Of a DNA stretch of 64,000 bases, positions 19,105-31,988 are shown one piece after another. Within the stretch, counting starts at the first letter, position 1; each line of letters begins with the position of its first letter. Source of the stretch: an uncultured Acidobacteriota bacterium (GTDB lineage Bacteria; Acidobacteriota; Thermoanaerobaculia; Multivoradales; JAHEKO01). The position numbers and the translations under genes were made by a program. The notes below the pieces were generated by a model. It was not told the origin of the DNA. It saw nothing but the letters and a program-made list of their open reading frames with translations, and made no database searches. The stretch covers positions 384,001-448,000 of the forward strand of contig CAVQNG010000025.1 in assembly GCA_963713825.1 (NCBI GenBank), read 5' to 3'.

Positions 19105-20157
19105 ATGTCGATGGCGAGGCAAGACCGAATCAAGCGTCGCATGATTCGTCAGGTGGTGCGCGACAATCTCGAAACCATCGAGGGAGCTCGCCCCCGACGA
19201 CGGGGACGCCGTCTCCGGACGGTGCTGACCGTGGCTCGGGTACTCTTCCTGGTCGCGCTTCCGGCTGCCCTGTTCACCTCCTCCTACGTCTTGTCGACCG
19301 TGGCCGCCGAGTGGCGGGAAGACGTCTGGTTGGATGGGGCTCAAGGCGCCAGGACCTCCACACAGGCCCCCAGGGTCTTCAGCGAAATGGAGCCGCTGCC
19401 GCCGATCGAGACGGGCCGTTCCCTGGTGACGCCCCAGCCGATCGATCCGTCCGTGCTGCCTCTGGCGCTGCACACCGTGGTGCTGGATCCAGGCCATGGA
19501 GGAGACAACGAAGGAACGGTCTCACCGACAGGCCTCATCGAGAAGGAGATCACACTGGACATCGCCCAGCGCGTCCAGAGCCTGCTCGAGAGCTACTCGT
19601 ACAAGGTCGTGATGACGCGCCGGCGGGATGTCGATTTCTCGCTCAAGCAGCGAGCCGAGTTGGCCAACGAGGCCAGGGGTGACATCTTTGTCTCCATTCA
19701 CGTGAACTGGATCGAAAATCGGGAGGTCCGGGGTGTCGAGACTTTCTTTCTTGGCGCCACCGAGGACCCCTACTTGGAAGCCCTGGCGGCGCGAGAGAAC
19801 CAGAACTCGGGTTACTCGTTGGCCGACTTCCGAGACATCCTGGAGCAGGTCTACGCCGGGGTGAGGCAAGAGGAGTCCCGGCAGTTGGCGGGCGCCATGC
19901 AGCAGGCGCTTTACGAATCGCTGAAGGCCGTGAACTCGAAGGTTCGGGACCGCGGCGTCAAGAGTGCGCCCTTTGGTGTCCTGACCCACACCGAAATGCC
20001 CGCCATCCTGGCCGAGGTCTCTTGTGTGTCCAACGACGTCGAAGCCCGGCTCCTGATGACGCCGATCTACCGTCAGTATCTCGCCGAGGCCATCGTGGAG
20101 GGTATTCAGATCTATGCCCGCAGCCTCGGCCAGTCCAACAACCGCCTCGAGGGTTGA
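19105..20157 (+). CDS. Membrane-anchored N-acetylmuramoyl-L-alanine amidase (Amidase_3, AmiC-like)
   Basis: VVLDPGHGG, EKEITL, FVSIHVN and ILAEV zinc-amidase motifs; basic N-terminus followed by a TM helix. Confidence 0.92.
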   Translation: MSMARQDRIKRRMIRQVVRDNLETIEGARPRRRGRRLRTVLTVARVLFLVALPAALFTSSYVLSTVAAEWREDVWLDGAQGARTSTQAPRVFSEMEPLPPIETGRSLVTPQPIDPSVLPLALHTVVLDPGHGGDNEGTVSPTGLIEKEITLDIAQRVQSLLESYSYKVVMTRRRDVDFSLKQRAELANEARGDIFVSIHVNWIENREVRGVETFFLGATEDPYLEALAARENQNSGYSLADFRDILEQVYAGVRQEESRQLAGAMQQALYESLKAVNSKVRDRGVKSAPFGVLTHTEMPAILAEVSCVSNDVEARLLMTPIYRQYLAEAIVEGIQIYARSLGQSNNRLEG

Positions 20158-20160
20158 TCG

Positions 20161-21207
20161 ATGTCCGAAGACACACCAGAGCAGGGAAGCGAGAGGGTGC
20201 TCAATCTGGGAGTCGATTTGGGCACTTCCAGAAGCTCGGTGTCGGCTTCGAACGGCGTCCGCCAGGCGGTTGAAAGCTACGTTGGATGGCCTCTCGACAT
20301 GGTGGCCAGCAAGGTTCTGAAGAGAGATGTGCTGGTGGGGAAGGAGGCGATCGACAATCGCCTGATGCTGGATCTACACCGGCCGTTGGAACGGGGGCTG
20401 ATCAAAGAGGGGTCGGAGAAGGATGTTCTGGCAGTGCGCGAGCTGCTGAAGCATCTGGTCTCGTTGGCCCTGGCGGGGGCTGATCGGGAGAGTCTGCTGA
20501 TCCAAGCCGTGGTTGGCGTTCCGGCGGAGGCCCTGAGAGTCAACAAGCAGCAGCTGCGCAGCGCGCTCAAAGGAATCGTGGACTCGTTGATGATCGTTTC
20601 CGAGCCCTTTGCAGTGGCCTACGGCTTGGAGTCGCTGGTCAACGCATTGATCATCGACATCGGAGCCGGCACAGCGGATTTCTGTGTCATGCACGGCAGG
20701 TACCCTCTAGAGGAGGACCAGCGTACGCTGCCCATCGCCGGCGATCATGTGGACGAGCAGCTCCACCGGCTGATCACCTCCAAGTACCCAGACGCGAAGA
20801 TCTCACTCCACATGGCCCGCGAGTGGAAGGAGAGGTTCAGCTTCATGGGAGAGCCCATCGAGAAGGTATGGATCGTGGCGCCGGTCCAGGGACGCCCCAC
20901 GGAGTTCGACGCAACCGAGCCGATGCGGGCGGCCTGCGAGAGCTTGCTTCCAGCTGTCAGGGAGACCATGCTGGATCTGATTTCGCGGGTGCAGCCCGAG
21001 TATCAGGACAAGGTGCGCAACAACGTGATTCTTTCCGGGGGTAGCGGTCTGATTCGCGGCTTCGGACTGGCCCTGCAGGAAGCCCTCGAGGAAGTTGGCG
21101 GTGGTCGGGTCAGGGTGGTCGCCGACCCTCTCCATGTCGGGGCCGACGGTGGCCTGGCCCTGGCCATGGATGCGCCGCCCTCGGAATGGGACAAAGTGGC
21201 CGCGTGA
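20161..21207 (+). CDS. Actin-like ATPase of the MamK/Mad28 type (not canonical MreB)
   Basis: GVDLGTS, VVGVPAEA, VSEPFAVAYGL, IIDIGAGTADF, KERFSF, QPEYQ, LSGGSG and a PPSEW tail are collinear with MamK as I recall it (GIDLGTS, VSEPFMVGYGL, DIGAGTTD, KEQFSF, QPEYQ, PPQYW). Confidence 0.85.
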   Translation: MSEDTPEQGSERVLNLGVDLGTSRSSVSASNGVRQAVESYVGWPLDMVASKVLKRDVLVGKEAIDNRLMLDLHRPLERGLIKEGSEKDVLAVRELLKHLVSLALAGADRESLLIQAVVGVPAEALRVNKQQLRSALKGIVDSLMIVSEPFAVAYGLESLVNALIIDIGAGTADFCVMHGRYPLEEDQRTLPIAGDHVDEQLHRLITSKYPDAKISLHMAREWKERFSFMGEPIEKVWIVAPVQGRPTEFDATEPMRAACESLLPAVRETMLDLISRVQPEYQDKVRNNVILSGGSGLIRGFGLALQEALEEVGGGRVRVVADPLHVGADGGLALAMDAPPSEWDKVAA

Positions 21208-21261
21208 TCCCCCTCCCACACTCCCGGCCCGGGGCTTGGGACTTGGGCATGTAGGATTTTC

Positions 21262-21305
21262 CCCAGGACCCAGGACCCAGGACCCAGGACCCAGGACCCA
21301 GGACC
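21262..21305. repeat. Heptamer tandem repeat (CCCAGGA)x6
   Basis: Counted directly. Preceded by opposite-sense GGGGCTTGGGACTTGGG; lies between convergent genes. Confidence 0.9.
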
Positions 21306-21321
21306 TGGGCTGCCGTCCCGC

Positions 21322-22626
21322 TCAAAGCGGAATCCGAACGATTGCGGGTGGAGGAAAGTCCTCCAGGTCCGCTTCAGCATCGATCGGAGGCGAGGCGGTG
21401 ACGAACACGAAGCCGTCACTGACCGCGCTGGTGTAGGGATCCAAACCCTCCGCAAGGCCGATGTTCAGCTGGTGAAGGTGCGTTGCTTGCCGGCCCGTTG
21501 CATCGAGCTCGATCCACACCACCCGGTTGTTGAGCGAGGGCTGGTTCTGCACCAGGATCAGCCTACCCTCCGCCCAACTCAAGCCGTCAGCCGAGACCAG
21601 TGTGAGATCGCCTTGCGGAACGACTCGCTCGACCGCACCTGTGGCCGCATCAATGGCGGAAAGTCCCTCTGCGTGGGCGACGTAGATGGTCCGCCCATCG
21701 CCGGAGGCTGCAATGCCGTTGGCGAAACCGAACTGGGGGAGCTCGAGGAAGATCTCCAGTGCTTCGGCCCCGGGCGGTAACCGATAGAGCTTCCCGGCGA
21801 GGCTCTCGGTGAGCCAGGCAGTTCCGTCGGGAGTGACAACCACGTCATTGACCAGCAGGATCTGATCGGTGTCCGGAACCGGATATCGAGCCACGAGCTC
21901 ACCGGTATCGACGTTGTAGCGCACGAGCTCGGCGGGATGTGTCATCTCCGCCATCGAGGTCGAGCCTGAAGCGGCCCAGAGCTCTCGGCTGTCAGCATCG
22001 ACCCACATCCCGAGGACTGCGCCGAGACCGTCGTTCGCCGAATCGCCAAGGTCGGAAACGGTTCCATCCGGAGAGATGCGGACGATCTTGCGCAGCAGAA
22101 AGCTGCCGGTGAACAGGTCGTCGGTAACGGCATCCCAGGCGATTCCTTCAGGAGAGAGCCTCTTTTCATCGAATGTAACGAAGACCTCGGCGGGCTCCTG
22201 CGGTTCGCCGTTGGCCCGGATCTGGTCGGCCACCCGAGCGAAGTCTGGATGATCCAGCAGTGGCTCGAAGATGGGCTGGTCGAGCTGTGTGGTCGTGCCT
22301 CCAAGACGGCCCAGAGTAGACAAGTGAGCGACGGCTTCGTCCAGCTGCCCGAGCCGGACCTCGACCTCGGCAATGCGCTCGTAGACAATCGGGTGCTCGG
22401 GGGCCACAGCCAGGGCCTCGAGATAGATCTGGTGCGCCGACTCCCAGTCCTCTTCGGCTTTGGCTTGTCTGACATCCTGGCCGAGGACTGCGAGATTGGT
22501 GGTCCTGGTCTCGGCTACCGGAGCCGTCTCCGGGGTACGGGGCGGTTCGGGTTGTGGACTCGAATCGGAGCAGCCGTGAGTCAGTAGAGTCAGGGCGATC
22601 AGGGTAGGTCCGAAACCTCGCAGCAT
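21322..22626 (-). CDS. Lipoprotein with TPR region and SMP-30/gluconolactonase-like beta-propeller
   Basis: Lipobox-like LTHGC, TPR-like helices, and SPEGIAWD, VNDVVV, ANGIA, ADGL propeller motifs. Confidence 0.75.
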   Translation of the reverse strand: MLRGFGPTLIALTLLTHGCSDSSPQPEPPRTPETAPVAETRTTNLAVLGQDVRQAKAEEDWESAHQIYLEALAVAPEHPIVYERIAEVEVRLGQLDEAVAHLSTLGRLGGTTTQLDQPIFEPLLDHPDFARVADQIRANGEPQEPAEVFVTFDEKRLSPEGIAWDAVTDDLFTGSFLLRKIVRISPDGTVSDLGDSANDGLGAVLGMWVDADSRELWAASGSTSMAEMTHPAELVRYNVDTGELVARYPVPDTDQILLVNDVVVTPDGTAWLTESLAGKLYRLPPGAEALEIFLELPQFGFANGIAASGDGRTIYVAHAEGLSAIDAATGAVERVVPQGDLTLVSADGLSWAEGRLILVQNQPSLNNRVVWIELDATGRQATHLHQLNIGLAEGLDPYTSAVSDGFVFVTASPPIDAEADLEDFPPPAIVRIPL

Positions 22627-22721
22627 CGACTTTCCCTCTTCAGTGTTGACCTGAGTACGGTCTCGGCTCAGTCTGGTTTCGTCTGAGGATACAGTGAGCC
22701 CCCTTCGAAATCGCCTCTGAG

Positions 22722-24146
22722 CTAGGGAACGACTGCCGACCAGTAGCGCCAATCCCCTGATTCGAAGCCATCCCCGAAGATCACCGCGATGCCCTCGTAC
22801 ATCCCGATGTCGACCGTCCCGTTGATGATTCGGGGTGTGCCGTCGAAATCGGCGACACCAAGACCACCCGGCGGATCGTTATCGCCAGCGTCCTCGGCAG
22901 GTGAGCCGGGCTCCAGATGGTAATCGAGGTTTTCCGGATCGGTAAAGAGTGGATCGAGACCGATCAGATTGGCACCGTCGTCCAATCTGGCCGACGCCTC
23001 CAGGTCCACCAGGTTGCCGAAGGAGATCGTGTTGTAGAGGCTGATGTCGCCAAACTCGTAGATCGCCAGATGCAGCCCGGTATCCGTGTGGTCGGCTGCG
23101 GTGAGGTTCGTCAGGTGAATCTGCCCCGAGTCGATCACATAGGCATACACACCGTCGGATTCGCCCTGGGCAATTCCCGAGTCCCTCACGGTTATTGTCG
23201 AGACGTCCGTCGCCATGGCTCTGAGCTGAGAGCCCCCTGCGGCCCCCGTTGCGGTATTGAGCATGACTCCTGTTCGTTCGATCACGGCGACAGCAGATTG
23301 TGAAGATTCAATGCTCAAGCCGGAAGCAACCCTGACATCTCCGATTGCCGTGTTGTTGAAGATTCGCGAGTCCAGAAGTCGACCCTGGGCGAAGTGTTCC
23401 GTCCTTAGATAAACCCCACCTCCCAGGGCATCATCGCCACCGGGATTCTCAATGCTGTTGCCGTCGAACTGAGAGTCTTCGACAGTAAAATGGGCGTTGC
23501 CACCAGCCATGATCGAGAGACCGGCTCCATAGACCGCAGCCTGATTGCGGCTGATCGCCAGGTTCTGTTGGGCGACCAGGTTACTGATTTCCAGGCTCTC
23601 ATCGCCGTCGATATCCGCACTCACGCCACCACCATGAACCGAGCCCGATGAAATCGACGTATTGCCGATCACCTGCAGGTTCTCGAGCTCGACACGTGCA
23701 CCGCCTTCGAGAAGAATCTGGATTCCGGCCCCTTTCTCCGCCTGCCCATTGGTGACGGTGAAGCCCTTCAGCAAGAGCTCACCTCCGTCAATACGAACCC
23801 TCGCTACCGCATTCTCCTCACCGCCGTCGATCACTGTCGTGGTCGGGTCGTTGTCCCTTGTCGAGAAAGGGCAATCCCAGCCACCCGTCATCTCGACCCT
23901 CCCGGCATCGAAGGTCTTTGGGAAGAGAAGATTCTCCTCGTATGTGGAGTTACCCTGGATCCTTATCTCGGTGTCGTCACCTACGACCAACGCATCGATA
24001 GCATCCTGGATATCGTCGTAGGTGCCACACGTCCCTACCGTGGAGATCGTTGTCTGAGCGACTGAGCCCACCGGCAGCAGGACCAGCAGAAGGCCACATA
24101 GGCCGAAACTCGACAGACACGTCCGATTCTTGATTGCCGATTTCAT
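22722..24146 (-). CDS. Secreted beta-helix protein with choice-of-anchor-Q-like domain and IFGDGFESG tail
   Basis: Signal peptide, IQDAID, GGG/GAG..N beta-helix repeats, DYHLEPGSPAEDAG..DFDGTPR..VDIGMYE, and terminal IFGDGFESGDWRYWS. Confidence 0.8.
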   Translation of the reverse strand: MKSAIKNRTCLSSFGLCGLLLVLLPVGSVAQTTISTVGTCGTYDDIQDAIDALVVGDDTEIRIQGNSTYEENLLFPKTFDAGRVEMTGGWDCPFSTRDNDPTTTVIDGGEENAVARVRIDGGELLLKGFTVTNGQAEKGAGIQILLEGGARVELENLQVIGNTSISSGSVHGGGVSADIDGDESLEISNLVAQQNLAISRNQAAVYGAGLSIMAGGNAHFTVEDSQFDGNSIENPGGDDALGGGVYLRTEHFAQGRLLDSRIFNNTAIGDVRVASGLSIESSQSAVAVIERTGVMLNTATGAAGGSQLRAMATDVSTITVRDSGIAQGESDGVYAYVIDSGQIHLTNLTAADHTDTGLHLAIYEFGDISLYNTISFGNLVDLEASARLDDGANLIGLDPLFTDPENLDYHLEPGSPAEDAGDNDPPGGLGVADFDGTPRIINGTVDIGMYEGIAVIFGDGFESGDWRYWSAVVP

Positions 24147-24181
24147 TGGATCCCTCCATGATTCGATTCGGAGACTGGTAG

Positions 24182-27860
<3,679 letters not shown>

Positions 27861-27925
27861 GCGGCAACTGTATCAGCGGGAGAATCGATGAACGGCGGGC
27901 GCAGGGACTAGAATCGAGGTGGAGG

Positions 27926-29689
27926 ATGCGGATGGAGAATCTCGAGATTGCCAAGGTGCTGTCGCAGATGGCCGACTTGTTGGAGATCCAGGACGCCAAT
28001 CCTTTCCGCGTCCGCGCCTACCGAAACGCCGCCCGTTTCGTCGATGGGCATGCCAAGCCGATGCGCAAGCTGGTCGAAGAGGAGAGTGACCTGACGGACC
28101 TGCCCGGCATCGGCAAGGAGATGGCCAGGCACATCCACGAGCTGATCGAAACGGCAGGGCTGTCGGTTCTCGACGAGTTGGCCGAGAAGATTCCCCGCTC
28201 GCTCATCGACGTCATCGAGCTACCTGGAGTGGGTCCGAAGAAGGCCAAGAAACTCTGGAAGGAGCTCGGCGTCGAAACGGTGGACGAGCTCGAGCAGCGC
28301 GCCGAGGCTGGAGACGTCGCGGCGCTGGATGGGTTCGGAGAGAAGAGCCAAGAGAAGATCCTCACCGGCATCGAACAGTTCCGACAGCACCGCAGCCGCT
28401 TCAAGCTGGTGGAAGCCGATCTGCTGGTACAACCCCTACTCGAATACCTACAGGAGAGCTCCGAGATCGAGCGCCTCGAGGTTGCCGGCAGTTACCGTCG
28501 CCGGGTAGAGACGGTCGGTGACATCGATCTGCTGGCCATCGCCAGCGACGCCGAGGCGGTGATGGATCGATTCACCGCGTACCCGAAAGTCACCCAGATA
28601 CAAATGTCGGGCGGCACGCGCGGTAGGGTCTCGTTGCAGTCCGGACTGGAAGTCGATCTGCGCATCCTCACCGAACCGAGTTATGGGGCGGCCCTGGTCT
28701 ATTTCACCGGCTCCAAAGAGCACAACATCAAGCTGCGCAAGCGGGCCATCGAGCGGGGGTTGAGGCTCTCGGAGTACGGGGTCTTTCGAGAGGACGGTGG
28801 CGGCGAGGACGAGTCAGAAGAGAAGGATCCATGGGCTGGCGAGCAACTAGCCGGTCGGACCGAGAAGGAAGTGTACTCCACCGTGGAGCTGCCCTGGATC
28901 GAGCCGGAGCTACGGGAGGATCGTGGCGAAGTCGAGGCTGCGGCCAGGGGCGAGCTGCCCGTCTTGGTGGAGCTGTCCGACATGAAGGGCGACCTGCAGA
29001 TGCACTCCACCTGGTCGGATGGCAAGAACAGCATCGAGGAGATGGTGGCGGCCTGTGCCGCTCGGGGCTACGAGTACATGGCCCTGACCGATCACAGCAA
29101 GGCTCTGGCTATGACCGGAGGTCTCGATGCCAAGCGTATCCGCGAGCAGTGGAAGGAGATCGAAGAGGTCCAGGAGCGGCACCCGGAGATCCGCATCCTG
29201 AGGAGTCAGGAAGTGGACATCCTGGCTGATGGCACGCTGGACCAGGACGAGGATGTGTTGGAGGAGCTCGATCTGGTGGTCGTCTCCGTTCACTCCCGCT
29301 TCGATCTGCCTGCGGCCGAGCAGACGGCACGGGTTCTGACGGCTCTCCAGCATCCACATGTCGATGTCCTCGCCCACCCGACCGGCAGGCTCATCAACCG
29401 TCGACCACCCTTCGACCTACAGATCGATGAAGTATTGGACTGCGCCAAAGAGAATGGCGTCGTAGTGGAGCTCAATGCGCATCCGGAACGTCTGGATCTC
29501 AAGGACAGCCACTTGATGCTGGCGCGCGAGTTGGGCTTGAAGGTGGCGATCAGCACCGATGCCCATCGGGCTCGGGATCTCGATCTCATGCACTACGGCG
29601 TCGAACAGGCCAGGCGAGCCTGGCTATCGAAGGCGGATGTGGTGAACGCACTGCCGCTGGAGGAGTTCCTGCAGCTGCTACGCAGCTAG
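27926..29689 (+). CDS. polX: DNA polymerase X with PHP domain
   Basis: NPFRVRAY, GSYRR, GDIDLL, VDLRI, FTGSKEHN, and PHP motifs (QMHSTWSDG, TDHS, HPTGR, STDAH). Confidence 0.96.
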   Translation: MRMENLEIAKVLSQMADLLEIQDANPFRVRAYRNAARFVDGHAKPMRKLVEEESDLTDLPGIGKEMARHIHELIETAGLSVLDELAEKIPRSLIDVIELPGVGPKKAKKLWKELGVETVDELEQRAEAGDVAALDGFGEKSQEKILTGIEQFRQHRSRFKLVEADLLVQPLLEYLQESSEIERLEVAGSYRRRVETVGDIDLLAIASDAEAVMDRFTAYPKVTQIQMSGGTRGRVSLQSGLEVDLRILTEPSYGAALVYFTGSKEHNIKLRKRAIERGLRLSEYGVFREDGGGEDESEEKDPWAGEQLAGRTEKEVYSTVELPWIEPELREDRGEVEAAARGELPVLVELSDMKGDLQMHSTWSDGKNSIEEMVAACAARGYEYMALTDHSKALAMTGGLDAKRIREQWKEIEEVQERHPEIRILRSQEVDILADGTLDQDEDVLEELDLVVVSVHSRFDLPAAEQTARVLTALQHPHVDVLAHPTGRLINRRPPFDLQIDEVLDCAKENGVVVELNAHPERLDLKDSHLMLARELGLKVAISTDAHRARDLDLMHYGVEQARRAWLSKADVVNALPLEEFLQLLRS

Positions 29690-29693
29690 CGCG

Positions 29694-29726
29694 AGGGGCG
29701 TAGGGGCGTAGGGGCGTAAGGGGCTA
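29694..29726. repeat. Octamer tandem repeat (GTAGGGGC)
   Basis: GAGGGGCGTAGGGGCGTAGGGGCGTAAGGGGCT between convergent genes; a similar unit occurs at ~2722-2737. Confidence 0.75.
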
Positions 29727-29739
29727 GAAAGCAAGGGGC

Positions 29740-30000
29740 CTAGTGGGTGTGCTCTTCGGCGTGGCCAAGCACGCTCTCGCACTGATCGGGGGTCAGGAGA
29801 CCCTCGCTTTGCAGTCGAAGGGCGAGGAACTCCGCGATCGTCGTCAGGTCCCAGAGTGCCAGCTTCTGGGCCTCCATGGGACTCAGAGCCTCGTGCCGAA
29901 TGGCGAGGAACAAAAGAAATTCGGCCAGGGTGTCGATCACTGGCCTGCCCTCGGGCGAGGCCTTGAGGGCGCTGTCGATTCCAGGTAGCTGCAAAGACAT
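29740..30000 (-). CDS. 86-aa hypothetical protein, paralog of 31989-32246
   Basis: IDTLAEFLLFLAIRHEALS...WDLTTIAEFLALRLQSEGLLTPDQCESVL aligns without gaps to the paralog. Start chosen at MSLQL to match the paralog length. Confidence 0.75.
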   Translation of the reverse strand: MSLQLPGIDSALKASPEGRPVIDTLAEFLLFLAIRHEALSPMEAQKLALWDLTTIAEFLALRLQSEGLLTPDQCESVLGHAEEHTH

Positions 30001-30105
30001 TAGTAAGTCCGCGGTCGTTCCCGTCCGTTCGCGACCATCCTCGCGCAATCGGCGAGAGGACGCAGTTAGCTTCTCCACTGCGGTGGGGCTGGAAGGTGTG
30101 CTGGC

Positions 30106-30573
30106 TCAGTATCCGGCCAGTGAGCGGGCCTCGTCGAGGAGGTCGAAGACTCTCTCCTGGTGCCGCGCTGGGTTGCCGTAAGTCGAGGCCGTGCCCCGGG
30201 CCATGGAATCGAACTGCGAGTACATCGTGCGCAGCTCGCCGGCCGCCTCGGCAGCCTTGCGACATGCTTCGGAGAGACACGTGCAGGACATCTCAGCGTC
30301 TCGAATCTCGGACTCGATATCCCAACTGGCAGTGGACCACTCGTCCGAGTCGACAGGTCCGGAGCTGAATCGCCTGGCGAGCTGGCCGAGGCTGTCGTTG
30401 GCGTGGGCGACGCTTTCGATGCAGGGCCCGGCAGGATCCGAGGTGTCGCCCTCGGTTGCTTCGTAGCTGCGGGCCGTCGGGGCGAACTGTTCCTGGATCC
30501 AGGGCAGGCCGCGGGTCAGTGCGAAGTAGATGAGAGCCATGACCACCGCGAAAGATACGAGTTTGGAGAGCAT
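30106..30573 (-). CDS. Hypothetical membrane-anchored helical protein
   Basis: N-terminal TM segment, four Cys (C...CTC...C), RBS GAGGA; 13 bp downstream of the DUF362 gene. Confidence 0.7.
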   Translation of the reverse strand: MLSKLVSFAVVMALIYFALTRGLPWIQEQFAPTARSYEATEGDTSDPAGPCIESVAHANDSLGQLARRFSSGPVDSDEWSTASWDIESEIRDAEMSCTCLSEACRKAAEAAGELRTMYSQFDSMARGTASTYGNPARHQERVFDLLDEARSLAGY

Positions 30574-30586
30574 AGTGATCGTCCTC

Positions 30587-31873
30587 TCAGGATTCCCTGG
30601 GCTTGGAGGTCGCCGTCATCCTGCGTCGTTGGGCGATTTCGGGCGCCTCCTTGAGGCAGGTTCCCAGGATCCCCAGTGAGGTCCAGAAGGCTGCTAGACC
30701 GGTTCGCTTGAGCTCGGCCGGGGAATCGCCAATCTGCGGAAAACCCTTCTCGTCGGGCTGCTGGCCTTCCCAATCGCGAAACAGACGCCCCCACTCACTC
30801 TCCAGGACCTCGGCCATCTGCTTCTTGGCCTTGAATGGATACCAGAAAGTGTCGTGGTACAGCACGCTGGCGGCGTAGGCCCACGGTGCCAGCACGGTCT
30901 TCAGGGACCACTCGATGGGCTTCTTGAGTGGGCCCCAGTAGATCTTGTGCTGCATCCGTGAAGCAAAGGTCATCTTCTTGAATGGTCCGACAAAATTCCA
31001 ACGCTCGGCGGCAGCCGAAGCGTCGCCGACCAACTCGATCTCTCGGAGGTCGCCGCAGCCGAGCCCGAGCTCGTGAGCCAGACGGATGAAGCGAATGTCC
31101 ATGGGGTCGAAGCCCATCAGCGCCGCGGCCACCGCATCGATGGCCACCTGGTCCGAGCTGGCGAGGATCACGTTCTTGACGTGCGGAATCATGCATCTCG
31201 GTCCAGGTCCGTCGCCCGCGAAGGTGCCGTCCATGACCGCGAAGACCCCGCGGTGGATCTTTTTCTGAATCATCAGGAGATCGACCAGGGTCTCGTGAAT
31301 CACCGGATGGGTCCAGTGTCGCTTCTCGTTGAGAAGACCTCCGAAGGCGTTCTTCATCGCGCCAGTGGTCGTGGTGAAGACATGGGTCTTCACCGTCGGG
31401 AGATGAATGATGTTCTCGCCGATGAATCGTCGCGGGATGTGGAAGCCCTGCGGGTATACGTCGTTGAGGCAGAGGAAATCGTCCGCCAGATCGCCCACCG
31501 CATCGCGAATGTGAATCCACTCCTCGCCTTCGTACAGATGGACGTTGTCGAGCCCATGAGCTTCGACAACCGGCAGCTGCTTGTTCTCACGCTCACCCAG
31601 ATGGGCGTCGATGACGACGGTCCGGTTGTGACAGGCGTGGATCAGCGAGGGATCGTAGCCGTCCTGAAGCATCGTTCGAATGACACCGTCGAGCTGCCAG
31701 GGCGTGGTAGAGCTGCCCGGGTAGAAGAAGTGCCACGAGATGTTCACCTTCAGCGCAGTGTCGGCATCGGGAGCGATGACTTGCCTGTAGCCGGCCAGGT
31801 GCATGAGCTCCGCATAGTCGGCAATCACCGAGCCCGGCTCGGTCTTGAGAATCGCTACACGAGATTTCGTCAT
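30587..31873 (-). CDS. DUF362 domain protein
   Basis: LKVNISW, LPTVKTH, TGAMKNAFGG, MDG..AGDGPGP and DQVAIDAVAA motifs. Confidence 0.88.
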   Translation of the reverse strand: MTKSRVAILKTEPGSVIADYAELMHLAGYRQVIAPDADTALKVNISWHFFYPGSSTTPWQLDGVIRTMLQDGYDPSLIHACHNRTVVIDAHLGERENKQLPVVEAHGLDNVHLYEGEEWIHIRDAVGDLADDFLCLNDVYPQGFHIPRRFIGENIIHLPTVKTHVFTTTTGAMKNAFGGLLNEKRHWTHPVIHETLVDLLMIQKKIHRGVFAVMDGTFAGDGPGPRCMIPHVKNVILASSDQVAIDAVAAALMGFDPMDIRFIRLAHELGLGCGDLREIELVGDASAAAERWNFVGPFKKMTFASRMQHKIYWGPLKKPIEWSLKTVLAPWAYAASVLYHDTFWYPFKAKKQMAEVLESEWGRLFRDWEGQQPDEKGFPQIGDSPAELKRTGLAAFWTSLGILGTCLKEAPEIAQRRRMTATSKPRES

Positions 31874-31953
31874 GGAATCCGCCCTTGGAGGTGGGCGGGA
31901 GTGTACCACTGTGTGACTGTGAGAATGAGAACCCGGGGGTGGTGATGCCCCAG

Positions 31954-31982
31954 CGGCGGCCGCGGCACGAGCCGTGGCCGCC
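31954..31982 (-). terminator. GC hairpin downstream of the 85-aa gene
   Basis: GGCGGCCGCGGC-acga-GCCGTGGCCGCC; no clear U-tract. Confidence 0.45.
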
Positions 31983-31988
31983 GAGGGA

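Noticed and set aside
19105-21207. Magnetosome gene cluster
   Set aside because: Only the actin resembles a Mam protein; no mamA/B/E/I/M/O/P/Q or feoB is recognisable in the window.
21262-21305. CRISPR array or coding repeat (VLGPGSW ORFs)
   Set aside because: It is a 7-bp unit with no spacers and no cas genes; the ORFs crossing it are shadows of the repeat.
30001-30078. Upstream GTG start and a possible sigma54 site (TGGAGAAGCTAACTGC) for the 86-aa paralog
   Set aside because: GG-GC spacing is 11 rather than 10, and the extension has no counterpart in the paralog.
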